Shown here: positions 13,400 to 24,280 of the stretch, one piece after another
Position numbering within the stretch: position 1 is the stretch's first letter
Layout: the number at the start of each line of letters is the position of its first letter
DNA from: Mizuhopecten yessoensis
Lineage: Eukaryota
Assembly: GCF_002113885.1 (NCBI RefSeq)
Contig: NW_018406168.1
Coordinates: 3,714 to 67,713 of the forward strand
Reading direction: 5' to 3'
DNA: 64,000 bases
Notes under the pieces: model-generated
Seen by the model: the letters and a program-made list of their open reading frames with translations, nothing else
The model's database searches: none
Told to the model about the DNA's origin: nothing
Made by a program: the position numbers and the translations under genes

Positions 13400-14330
13400 T
13401 GTTGTATAATAATTGTTGTATAATAATATGTCCGGTATAGAGGTCAGTAGTGTGACGTCAGTATACATCTATTATCTGATTGGCTATTGGGTTGGCGCGC
13501 GATACCTTTGTATGACTAGGTAGACGAGAGAGCGACGACAACGACAACTGACAAGAATATAAGTGAGGTATAAACTCGATTTCTCGATTTACAAACTAAC
13601 CTGTCGATCTTTTCTATTTGTCCTTTCTCCTGTCCGGCGTGCGGTATTTCCCGCGAGCAGTATCTGATACGGTATTTTATATTATTTTAAATAAAACATG
13701 TATGTGTGCGTACGCTGGGTTTACCTGAGTGACCGCCATTACACCGGCCGGTACGATTGTGTTTATATTCCATATCTTATTATTTGTATCGTTTATGTTT
13801 CCAGACTTGAATATGTGTACAGACTAATACATGAGCTGGACATATTGTAAAGCCTTCTGCCACACAGAGGTGATTATTTCATTACAAGTCATAAGAATCC
13901 CAATATATATATATCCTTTTGAATGTCCCGTCATGGTGTACGTCCGTGAATAGTTTTCACCATTTATGAGTAACGTCAACAGTAAATGCCAAAAGGCCAT
14001 ACACTTATAATATAATATATGTGTAAAGGTAAATTGTAATCCATATTGTAACTAATAGATAAGGAAATAATATATGCCCTATTTCCAATTCTTTATTTGT
14101 TATTATATAATCCCCGGTTAAACGTACGTATTTTACAGCTAAGTGTTAATTGTCAGATTGTACTCGTATCTGTAATATATGTATCGATAGCGTTATGTGT
14201 ATGCGTAGTAAAGTATTGTATGTTTGTATCGTTGCAGGGTAGGATTTACCTACAATAAAACCACTGGTTCGTTATCAAAACGTCGAGCTTGGGTTGTGTA
14301 TTTACCCCAAATACCCCTCGGTTTCACTTC
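13400..14330 (+). mobile_element. Possible solo LTR or LTR-like insertion in the FAMeT-PAN intron
   Basis: Begins TGTTG. Contains CRE (TGACGTCA) and reverse CCAAT (ATTGG) motifs, a CpG-richer body and AATAAA at about 14254, and ends ...CGGTTTCA. No clear TSD found. Confidence 0.3.
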
Positions 14331-14337
14331 TATTTCA

Positions 14338-16861
14338 ATTTCAAAGTATTTTATTGACAATACATATATAATACAAACATTTAAGTTAACATTAAAGAAG
14401 ATATTAGAACAGTATTGACAAAAGAATTAGACAACAGGCTTTGCCTATATCAGTCTTCTTCTAATTCCGGTAGATATGTACAATGCTTAAATATATAAAA
14501 TGTTGTGATTCGTTTCCTCTCACACTCATGCACACCCACACCCACACCAGCTTATGTCTAATACTCGTTATTTAAGGGATAAAACTTGCCTGAATAACAA
14601 TAATTATAACAATACATGAATATTCATTTGGAAATTTATCTAGCACGTATAAGTAACGAAACGTTTTGATGATTTAATATAAGAGTCAACATGTATAAGA
14701 ATAGTTTTATTTAATTGGTTGGATGCATTACTAATACCATATACTAAACAGTGCAGATTTAAATATCCTACTAGATTATAAATAGTGGTAATATGATGCC
14801 TAATATTAGAATACAGAGGACATTGAAAGAAAAAATGTATTAGATCTTCCCTCTGTACACCACATACACAGGAAGCATCATCAATCAGATGGTCTTGTAA
14901 CTTATCACAGTTAAGATCACTTTTAAAATTTCTTAGCTGACATAAAATTATGTTAAGTTTCCTCGGAACACAGTTAATAAAAGTTTCTGAGACGGATGTA
15001 TCAAAGGTTTTTTTAAGTTTCTTTTTAAAAGATGAAATTGAGATGGAGTCTCGTACAGTGCTATCAAGTGCATTCCATTTTACCATTGTAGAAGGGAAGA
15101 AGCTATTCATATAAGTAGTAGTTCTTGTCTGTGGTATATTAAAGAATCTGTTATTTCTGAAGGTATAGTTATTATTTACATTTAGAAATGGTTGAATGAT
15201 ATTATCGAGATAAGTTGGAGTGTAATTATTAAGAATCTTATACATTAATGTTAGTTTATGATTTTGTCTTCGTGTGTGTAATGTTTCAAGTTGTGTTTCA
15301 GTATACAGAATATGATGAGATGTACCTCGTCTGAGGCCAGTAATTAAACGCATAGCTTCTAGTTGAACTGATTCTAAAAGATCTGATTCCGATTTGGTAC
15401 AATTATCCCATACTATATCAGAATATTCTAGCACAGGTCTTATATAAGAGACATATAATGTTTTTAATGTATTCCTATCAACTGTAGTTTTTAAAATTCT
15501 AAGAATACTTAGTCTAGAGTTCGCTTTCTTATAAATATTTGAAATGTGATCTGACCATGTCCCTTTACTGTTAAATGTTAGTCCTAAGTGAGTATGGTGT
15601 TCATGTTGTGCAATTGGAGTATTGTTAAATAGCAGTTGAGGATGATTGTTAATGTGTCTACGAGAGAAGTTAATAGCTACAGTCTTATTCGGATTGAATA
15701 GGATCTGCCATCGCTTTGACCATTCAGAGATTGAGTCAAGATCATCATTAAGCATGTTAGCAGGTGTTGTAAGGTCATTGTTATTATTTACTATTACATA
15801 GAGGGAGGTATCATCTGCAAAGAGTTTTATATGAGAAGTTACATTATTAGTAATATCATTAATAAAAAGAAGAAAGAGGAAGGGACCAAGGACAGATCCT
15901 TGAGGAACCCCTGCAGACATAGGTTTGGTACTAGATTTATAACCTTCAAAGATAACCCTTTGTTTTCTGTCAGATAAGTAAGCTTTAAACCAATTATATG
16001 ATTTACCTTTAATACCATATGTTTTTAGTTTATATAATAGGCCCAAATGCCATACTCGATCAAATGCTTTACTTATGTCACAGAAAACAAAACGCAAATC
16101 TTTACCTTGGTCTAAATTGCCACTTATAGTATTATAGATATCAGCTAGTTGATTAGTAGTGGAGTCTTTGGGTTGAAATCCTGACTGATGTACACTTAAC
16201 ATATTGTGACTTGAAATATAATTAAACGTATATTTAAAAATATTTTTTTCTAACATTTTGATAAAAATAGATGTAATAGCAATAGGTCTATAATTATTGA
16301 GATCACTGATATCTCCTTTACCTTTATAGAGAGCAGTAACATTAGCCGTTTTTAGTACATCAGGTATTACTCCAATAGATAAAGTTCTATTAAATAATAG
16401 TTTGAGTGGGTATACTAAAGAAGCAGAAATGTTCTTTACAATCATAGGTAAAATACCATCAGGACCAGCTGGTTTGTTTTTATTAAAAATGTCAAATTGG
16501 TCAGTTATATCTTGTTCAGTAATGTTAATGTCAGAAAGTTCAAATGGACATAAGGGAGGTAAATCAGGTAGGTTAGTGTCAGTAATATCAGAGGCAATGG
16601 TGGTAAAGAAGTTATTTAGTGCCTCAGCTTTATCTTGTGGATGGATTAATATTTTATTGTTAGATTTTAGAGGATAAGAATTAGTGCTAGTGTTATTCAT
16701 TTTTCCTATAGATTTTGCTATCTGCCACCATTTTCTTGGATGCACTGTTTTGTCGGCAAGACAATTTTGAAGTTTCTTAAAGTAATTTTCTTTGGATTGC
16801 CGAATAATTTGTATAGTATCATTGCGACAAGTTCTAAATTTTGCCCAATCTTGTTCCCTAT
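14338..16861 (-). mobile_element. 5'-truncated CR1/L2-group LINE with intact 3' end
   Basis: Open RT frame, then about 300 bp of 3' UTR, AATAAA and a short (TTGAAA)-type tail on the minus strand. No endonuclease domain. Imperfect 16-bp direct repeats flank it (14322-14337 and 16862-16877). Confidence 0.93.
14640..16859 (-). CDS. LINE ORF2 reverse transcriptase (N-terminally truncated, uninterrupted)
   Basis: AGPDGI, NYRPIAI, HQSGF, DISKAFDRVWH, GVPQGSVLGP, catalytic LFADD, HLGL and C-terminal CxCG..EDLIHFFFQC. The frame stays open upstream of the listed GTG (REQDWAKFRTCRND...) to about 16859. Confidence 0.93.
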   Translation of the reverse strand, partial: REQDWAKFRTCRNDTIQIIRQSKENYFKKLQNCLADKTVHPRKWWQIAKSIGKMNNTSTNSYPLKSNNKILIHPQDKAEALNNFFTTIASDITDTNLPDLPPLCPFELSDINITEQDITDQFDIFNKNKPAGPDGILPMIVKNISASLVYPLKLLFNRTLSIGVIPDVLKTANVTALYKGKGDISDLNNYRPIAITSIFIKMLEKNIFKYTFNYISSHNMLSVHQSGFQPKDSTTNQLADIYNTISGNLDQGKDLRFVFCDISKAFDRVWHLGLLYKLKTYGIKGKSYNWFKAYLSDRKQRVIFEGYKSSTKPMSAGVPQGSVLGPFLFLLFINDITNNVTSHIKLFADDTSLYVIVNNNNDLTTPANMLNDDLDSISEWSKRWQILFNPNKTVAINFSRRHINNHPQLLFNNTPIAQHEHHTHLGLTFNSKGTWSDHISNIYKKANSRLSILRILKTTVDRNTLKTLYVSYIRPVLEYSDIVWDNCTKSESDLLESVQLEAMRLITGLRRGTSHHILYTETQLETLHTRRQNHKLTLMYKILNNYTPTYLDNIIQPFLNVNNNYTFRNNRFFNIPQTRTTTYMNSFFPSTMVKWNALDSTVRDSISISSFKKKLKKTFDTSVSETFINCVPRKLNIILCQLRNFKSDLNCDKLQDHLIDDASCVCGVQREDLIHFFFQCPLYSNIRHHITTIYNLVGYLNLHCLVYGISNASNQLNKTILIHVDSYIKSSKRFVTYTC

Positions 16862-16878
16862 TTTTACTTCTGTTTCAG

Positions 16879-17144
16879 AACCATCATTATTTTGCTCCCA
16901 ACAAATCCAAATGAAACTGTCCCCAGGACTTTGGAACACAAACATGACGGTCAACATCACGTGGTCAGTGACCGCTGATAACCTCGGACAGTGCGCCGTT
17001 ACTTGCTCAAGGAGTAGTTCATGCATGTCATTTGTGTATGACAATGTGACAAAGACGTGCCAGGGTCATGGTGAAAAGTTCAATAACATCTCAGAAGGTC
17101 AAGGTCACACACATAGCGGAAGTCACTATTACATTAAACCATAG
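16879..17144 (+). pseudogene. Terminal exon encoding a PAN/Apple domain (same gene as the FAMeT-like exon)
   Basis: TTTCAG acceptor ends at 16878. QCAVTCSRSSSCMSFVYDNVTKTCQGH has the PAN C-x3-C-x5-C-x-SF-x-Y-x6-C pattern. Phase 1 matches the 12875 donor (C+AA = Gln). Stop TAG at 17142-17144. This exon itself is intact. Confidence 0.82.
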
Positions 17145-17854
17145 ATTTGTCTATGTCACCGTCGACACTGTTACCATGAAAATGTCTGTGACAAGAAAAT
17201 ACTATGTCACCAAATTAAGTGTTTTCAGATGATTAACTTTCTCGTCCTTTTTTTGGAATTTTCTGTCGTCTTTCTGAACAGCAACTTTTAAAGTTCTGTT
17301 CTTATTTCTATTTTACCTGTATCGATAAAACACCCGTATCCGTTCAAATCATCCCAGCGAATAAGTAACATGCAAACTTATGAAGACACACAGGACTGTA
17401 TTGGCTTGATTGGTATTTACTATGACAAGCAGCATGTTCATCCTCAGAACAATATGTGTGGGATCATACTTGTAATGGTATGTATATTCCTGCCAACACT
17501 TAATTTAATTCGAGATCGTTATCACCAAAACCATTCCGTTGCGTCGACTTATAAGATAATGAGGTCAACTTATCGTGACAATAATCAAGATAGCGGGGTA
17601 TTTATTATGATAATTATCGTGCTAGTTATTTCGCTATCATGCTAATTTGGATGAATTGTGATTCTTTTCTGTCAATGTCGGCATAATTAACTGAATAAGT
17701 CGCCTTAAACATTTAAAACTGCCACTGCTAATAACACTTATTTTGGCGTTCGAATCTGACGCACGCTCTAACCTTAGTTTACAGCCCAGGGTCGGGTATT
17801 GCCTTGCTAAATATGAACCCAGTGCTTAAAACAAGAGTTGGTTAAAGGTAACAC

Positions 17855-18100
17855 TGTACTGAAGAGAAAATATGTACGGCCAGATCGGAGTTCGAACCCA
17901 GATCGCCGAACTCTATACAGGCATTTTAACCAATTTAGCTACCTGACTGCCGGTCATCGATCCCGTCCAGGCCCGCTAGATTCCCCCACGTTTTTCTAAG
18001 TATTTGTCCCATAGACAACACTATTTATCACTGTAACAGGAGAGAAAAAAGTGCACGGCAGGGCCGGAATTCAAAACCTAGATCTCATAATTCTAGACGC
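17855..18100 (-). mobile_element. tRNA-derived repeat with TRIM-like layout: partial unit, 51-bp spacer with polypurine tract, full unit
   Basis: Minus strand: partial unit ending CTCCTGTTACA (18032); spacer ending AGAAAAACGTGGGGGAA (17997-17981); full unit 17980-17855 with A-box-like GGTAGCTAAATTGGT and B-box GGTTCGAACTCC, ending ...GTACA. Confidence 0.7.
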
Positions 18101-18104
18101 ATAT

Positions 18105-19140
18105 TCTTAACAGATAATGAATAACTTATTGATAGACGCCTTCCGACCAGGATTTGGGTGTCAATCCACCCTGTTGCGACTTGTTGGGGATTGGCGTAGA
18201 GCCCTGGACAACCATGAGTATGTCGCTGCCATACTGATGGACCTATCCAAGGCTTTTGACTGTCTTCCTCATAACTTATTGGTCGGTAAGCTGGATGCCT
18301 ATGGCCTGAGGAAAGCCTCAGTTAACCTGGTGTCCAGCTACCTGAGCAGCAGGAAGCAGCAGGTAAAAAGTGTGCTCGAAATGCGTTGACTAGCTGAAAG
18401 TGCTGAAAGGGGTACCCAAGGGTTCTATTTTAGGACCCTTGCTTTTTAATGTATTTGTAAATGATATGTTTTTGTATGTGACATCCTGTAAATTATATAA
18501 TTATGAAGACAACAACACTGTCAGTGAATCAAATAAAGACCCAGATGTTTTAAAAGATAATATTGAAAATGACTGTCAAATTTTAATAGACTGGTTTAAA
18601 TTAAACCAGATGAAAGCAAACCCTGATAAATTCCAGGCCATTTGTATAGGGAAACGTTCGGTAGATGCTATACAGTCTTTTAGTATTGGCGAAACAGATA
18701 TTGTTCCTGACAGTGTTGTCAAACTTTTATGTGTGAACTTTGATTCATTTTTAAACTTTGAAGCTCATATTTCTGAAATTGTATGAAAGTCACAAGGCAA
18801 TTGTCATTTTAAAGCGAATTGGGAGTTTTTTTCCAAACAAGGTAGACTTTTAATTTATAATTCTTTTATTGTTTCAAATCTTAACGACTGTCATTTAGTC
18901 TGGCACTCTTGTTCCATGAAGAGTGTCATGTTCACAACTCATCCTTCAGACACTTACTCAGTATTATCAACAGCGACAGGCTTCATGTAAGGCGTCTGAC
19001 GGATATGGGCTGTGAGGTTATCAAAATTATAAACAAAATGTCTCCTGAATATATTCATAACCTTGTAAATGTTAAGATGTCTAATTATACTTCAAGAAAG
19101 AAAATACTGCAGAGGTGCCCAGGGTCAACAATGTGAAGTA
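18105..19140 (+). mobile_element. Decayed CR1/L2-group LINE RT fragment (a different family from the 14338-16861 element)
   Basis: AFRPGFGCQSTLL, MDLSKAFDCLPH, GVPKGSILGPLLFN, degenerate catalytic YEDN and MKANPDKFQ, with stops and frameshifts. Confidence 0.92.
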
Positions 19141-19144
19141 TATA

Positions 19145-19182
19145 TAGTTCGAATTATTCTGACGTTTTATCGACTTTTTTTT
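19145..19182. mobile_element. Solo TIR of the 5482-5559 MITE family
   Basis: TAGTTCGAATTATTCTGACGTTTTATCGACTTTTTT matches the reverse complement of the right end of 5482-5559. Confidence 0.8.
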
Positions 19183-20999
19183 ATATGTCTTTGCAATACA
19201 TGTATTTATAAAGAGTGATAATTCATACTGTGCCCTGGCTACCTCTGCCACCTGACATTTTGGATTGTGTGATACTATTTTTATCTTATTTCATTTCGTA
19301 TTATATATGTTTTAATTATATTCTATATTTTTGCAGCATCTTATTTGTATTTTAATGCCGTATATTCTATAATATTTTCTTTTACAAAATTTAACAAATT
19401 TTATTAATGGATTTTGGTATCTTTTTTTAATCTACACTATGTAAGTGTATATTCTGTCAATTTGTATGCTTTGCTATATTAGCATTGTATGTATATTCCA
19501 TTTCATAGTGTTTTAATCCTAAGTCCTAAGTAAAAAAAAATGTGATATACAGGTATTCATTCATTTACTATTAACTTTGTCATTTATTTACTTATTCTGA
19601 ATAATACTTATCTGTGATTACATTCAATGCTTTTCATATATTAACAATATTTTTAAATATTTATGGTTTCAAAAGAGTCATTCCGGGAGCTTTTGTAGGT
19701 AGGGGACTCCCAATCACTTAGAAGCCTGGGATATGCTACTTTCTGTGATAATTATTACTGTTTTTTTTTATCAATATATGTGATTATCTCCATTTACTTG
19801 CATTATAATATGTTATTGTTATTTTACATGTTTTTCGCAATACCAGCTTGCAAGAGTTAATGTTCCTTGTTTACCTGTATGCGACGTTAAATACAGTTTC
19901 TTGTATCTTGTATCTTGTAGACACCACATCTTCCTTTTTACTTCGAATTGACGAATACATGCACATTGTGGTGCGAAACCTCGAGATCATTCAAGAAATT
20001 ATACAAAATTTGTCCGAAAAGAAAACAATATGTTCTGGCATTTATTTGTAGCTTACACAGGGCACAGCCACCTTATTGACATCGAGATAACACAAAACCT
20101 AGACCGTTTACCAAGGCAAAGGGACACAGCACAAACACCCTGGGAGATATGCTGGAGGTCATTACTGGTAGTGATTATAAAATAAGAAATGGTAAAGGCA
20201 TAAAGTAAGAGACTCAATTGATTTTCTTAACGAATTCAATATTTTAGAGACGGAGCTTATCTTACCGAGTGCTTAATACACAAACATATTCCTACATCCT
20301 AGATATCTTCATCGGCGGTGTAAAATCAAATATATCAACAAACATATCAAGATTTGCATGTTTATATCAATAATACATACCGAGCGTTACTTTGAACCAG
20401 TGATATGAACTGTTGTATTTCTCCAATGCTTATCCAGACACAGCCTTAAATGCGCTCACATAAAACTTTCTTTTAACTAGTTTTAATATGTGACAAGGTA
20501 AAAATGTAAAGTTAAGAAACTGAAAATGGTATTTTTGTGCAAGTCTCTACGAAAACCACCTCAATCATTGACATAATTTGATGTTATATTAACGTATCAT
20601 TTGAACAGGAAATTATACAAACATGTTATATATATTTACGGAATAACACTGACACGATGATCAAGGCTCGCCTCTGAATAGATAATACAAATGTACATCA
20701 ATCTGAACTGGACTCTGCAATTACAAGTTGAATTCATTGATGATTTTTCAAATAATGCAGAGATTTCCCTCCCTTGTTTTATGGACGTTACACAAACTTA
20801 TGTCCCGACAAAGCACAGCTCATCACTACACACCATGACATGTTAACTATCAATACGTAAGGGAAGCCTATGGACCCCCAAAGGCAAGCTAGCCTATTTA
20901 TAACTAGCATGTAGTGTATAACATACAACGATCGCGAAATTAACTATATGCAGAGAACTATTAAGAAACTAATCACCCTCCAATCTTCTTCTCTAATCA

Positions 21000-22327
21000 A
21001 CCACTAACCGACAGTACTAACCATAAACATTTAGGTCTTACTTTTAATGAAGATGGTAAATGGGGTCAACATATTCATAATATTTATGATACAGCATATA
21101 AAAGAATTAATATATTAAGAAGTCTTAAAACCTCACTTGATAGAAGTACACCTAACACTATGTATATATTCTATATTAGACCAATCTTAGAATATGCTAA
21201 TGTAGTTTGGGATAATTGCACCGAAAAATCATTATTAGAATCAGTCCAACTAGATGCTGCTAGAGTAGTGACGGGGTTTCGTAGAGAAACATCACACCAT
21301 AAATTGTACAAAGAATTGGGATGGGAAACCTTAGCTGATAGGAGGGGGAAAAATAAATTAATTTTAAGATATAAAATATTGCATANCCCCCCCCCGGTAT
21401 GTAGAAGAACTCTGAGAGCTAATTTAATAGTTTCTTTCCCTCAACATTTCGACTTTACAATCAGTAAGACCCAGATATGTTAAATGCTCAATCTCGTCAC
21501 AGTTTAAGAAACTAATTAACATAACTAATAGTATACCAAATAATGACAGTGGTAAAAAACTGTGATGTTTGAAACATCAATAGTATACTATGTCAAATTA
21601 GAAATATTGCTAGCAACTTAAACTTTGATCTCTTTAATGACCATCTATTAGACAATTACTCTCTGCTACTCTACTCAATGATAATCACTCGCACTATACT
21701 CTACATACTTTTACTAAATGGTTGTAACCAATGTGACAATGAAACCAATAAAAACATCCTAGAGATTGTCTCAACCTTTATCTTGAACTCAAAAAGATTT
21801 ATATAACTATAATTATCTATATCAACTTATATTATAATGTACTAATAATCTTAATGTTGTAAACATGAACAGCAAACAAACTTATGGTTATAAATACCAG
21901 TAAGCACTTACTATAAACACAGTGTGAATATGATATACTCGCCCCTTAAATCAACATGGACTTGTATTTTTAGCTTATTCATAATATTTAATGTATATAA
22001 GCCTAATATTCAATTATTTATGAGTTACTCTGTGTGGATGTTGAACTCCCATGGAGAATCAACTAAAGGAATATGTCTAAAACTCGCTCATTACTCTGGT
22101 GAGGTCAAGAAGTAGCACAGCTTGACTTGTGACCTTTTATAAGCAGTTAGAGTTATCTCCCCTTTACCATACGACTTGCGCTTTGTATTTTCATTTCACT
22201 ATAAATTATAATATATTTATATGCTGATTTATACAAATGCATGCAGGAGAGAACTGATATAGACATAGCCTGTTGTTCGATCCAATTCATGCAACATTAT
22301 GAATAAAATTTGTTGAAATGAAATGAA
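21000..22327 (+). mobile_element. Decayed CR1-group LINE 3' part, related to the 14338-16861 element (scattered remnants may extend back to about 20100)
   Basis: KHLGLTFNEDGKW, YIRPILEYANVVWDNC, LLESVQLDAARVVTG and ILCQIRN align with the 701-aa ORF. Shared 3' motif at 22246-22277, then AATAAA and a TGAAA tail. One N at 21386. Confidence 0.9.
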
Positions 22328-22329
22328 CA

Positions 22330-23720
22330 CATTCGTCCTTATGTTTTCCATACCGTTAATATGCCGAAGCTGCGAGAAGTATGGTCAACATGAAAAATGT
22401 GTAGACAACAATGGTCTGCAAGTATTGTGGCAGTGAAGGTCGCGTCGACCAAAAGCGAGTGTGGTATCACCAACCAGCGCTGTTTAACATGATATCTAAA
22501 ACTGTATAAATACACTTCTGTCGAAAACGAAAACCACACTGTGAACCCCACCCCCACTTAATGGCATAAGATTCCCAATTGTTTAGCAAACCAAATTTCT
22601 TTGACTGATATTCTATTAGAAATCCTTTTTATGCCACAAATACATAAAGCATCTGAAAGATAAGTCTTCAAATGCGCTAAACGTTTTACGAGTCCTTTCC
22701 TGCCTTTACAGATTACTTATTTGATGAATACTTGATAATGAGTCAGTGGTCGATGTGTCGGTACACGGTTCTTACATCACATATGGGTCTGCAGATGGTA
22801 GATCTAATTCATCACCTAGGACTGCGTCTGGCACTTGAAACTTTTCGAACATCACAAGTGAAAAGCCTTTACGAGGAAGCGAATGAACCATCTCTTTTCG
22901 ACAGAAGAAAATCAACTGGCGTTACAGTTTGCTGTCCAACTCATATCAGATGAAAATAATTACCTTAAACCCAGTCTTCAGGGGCTGAACGTAACTTTTA
23001 ATGACATTGAAAACAAAATACCGGATGTTACACCATGGCCTATACAGACACATGCTATGAGTTTAGCATTACATGAGCGGGCAGAATCCAGTACGTTGCC
23101 TGCAGAAAACGAAACCTCCTTTCGGGAGTTCATTTCAAGGTTTCTGCTCCTATGCTGTTTTACACTGATGGTTCCAAAGATGGCAAAAATGACGCAACAG
23201 TCTGCTTCTGTGCTTACATTTGCAATTCAATTTGACTACCAGACGATACCTATATTTTTCTCCGTGGAAGTATTTTCATCGGCTTGGCCCTCGACCGTAT
23301 CAATGAATGCTGCGTTGGAAAAGCAATATAATATGTTCAGAGTCTGTCGGTCCTCCAAACACTCTTGTACAAAACCTCTTTATCCGCATATCTCGATCTT
23401 AATGAATGCAAAATTACGTTTCTATAGAACGTCCTAGCCACGCCGGGATAGCAAGTAATTAAAATGCCGACAGAGCAGCAAAACTTGCATTAAAACCTTA
23501 GCAAACAGATATCAAACTGTCGTATACAGATTTCTAACCCGTTAAACTACGATCGGCCATCCAAAACGAATGGCAGTAACGATGGCCTCTCGAGACTAGC
23601 AACTAACATTCAAAAGTACGACCAAACCTTAAACCTTGTCTACCTAGTCGGAGACATCGCAGAGAGTAGGTTGTCCTTTCTCGGCTACGTAATGTTCATA
23701 CTTTTCTCGCACCTCAGACA
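22330..23720 (+). mobile_element. Decayed RNase H-containing LINE (I/Nimb/Ingi group)
   Basis: IHHLGLRLAL..FRTS..KSLYEEANEPSL..RR, RNase H motifs YTDGSK (23161) and PSHAGIASN*NADRAAK (about 23435-23490), and RRE*VVLSRLR..HT. Many frameshifts. Confidence 0.88.
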
Positions 23721-24121
23721 GATATATCCCACGTCATACCCCATGCTAGATTTTTCTATCTCGCCTGGTCTGTCTGGCACCTTAATGTGACATTTCACAG
23801 ATTTTTTACACAGCGATGTATTCATCCGCACGTTACCGGCTCGAAATTGACAATCTGCATTATACATATTCTGTTTTGTCATTATATGTTTTGTTATAAT
23901 GTACATAATGTAATTAGATATCTGATGTTATAGATAAAATATAATCTACACTGTGAAATACGTTGTCTTCTTTGTAAGGACGGACTATATTTTTACGTGG
24001 AAGCATTCAAATGTAGCTTTAGCAGTGTGGATGCCATATTTAGCTGATCCCAGACGGGATACTTGTAATCTTTAGCACAATTGGAAAGTTTTTTCGAACT
24101 AAAAAGTGCGAGAAAAAGATA

Positions 24122-24280
24122 TATATTACCTGTAACTGGGCGAGATTGGTTTATCTCAGTCTCGGGCTAATATTCTGTAACATCACAACCTCACCTTACG
24201 CCTCGGTTGTGATAATGTTACAGAATTCTGCTCAGCCCTCGACTGAGATAAATCGATCTCGCTCAGTTACAGGTAATATA
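24122..24280. mobile_element. About 160-bp fold-back (palindromic) MITE-like element
   Basis: TATATTACCTGTAACTGGGCGAGATTGGTTTATCTCAGTC pairs with GACTGAGATAAATCGATCTCGCTCAGTTACAGGTAATATA. An inner arm, ATTCTGTAACATCACAACC, pairs with GGTTGTGATAATGTTACAGAAT. Confidence 0.82.

Noticed and set aside
16402-17044. ORFs 16402-16677 (+) and 16718-17044 (-), and the N-terminal part of 16740-17144
   Set aside because: Shadows of the LINE RT frame and the PAN exon. Only 16879-17144 is supported as host coding sequence.
17880-17945. Functional tRNA gene (also 28275-28340)
   Set aside because: A/B-box-like motifs are present, but the stems are degenerate and shared non-tRNA flanks show these are repeat copies.
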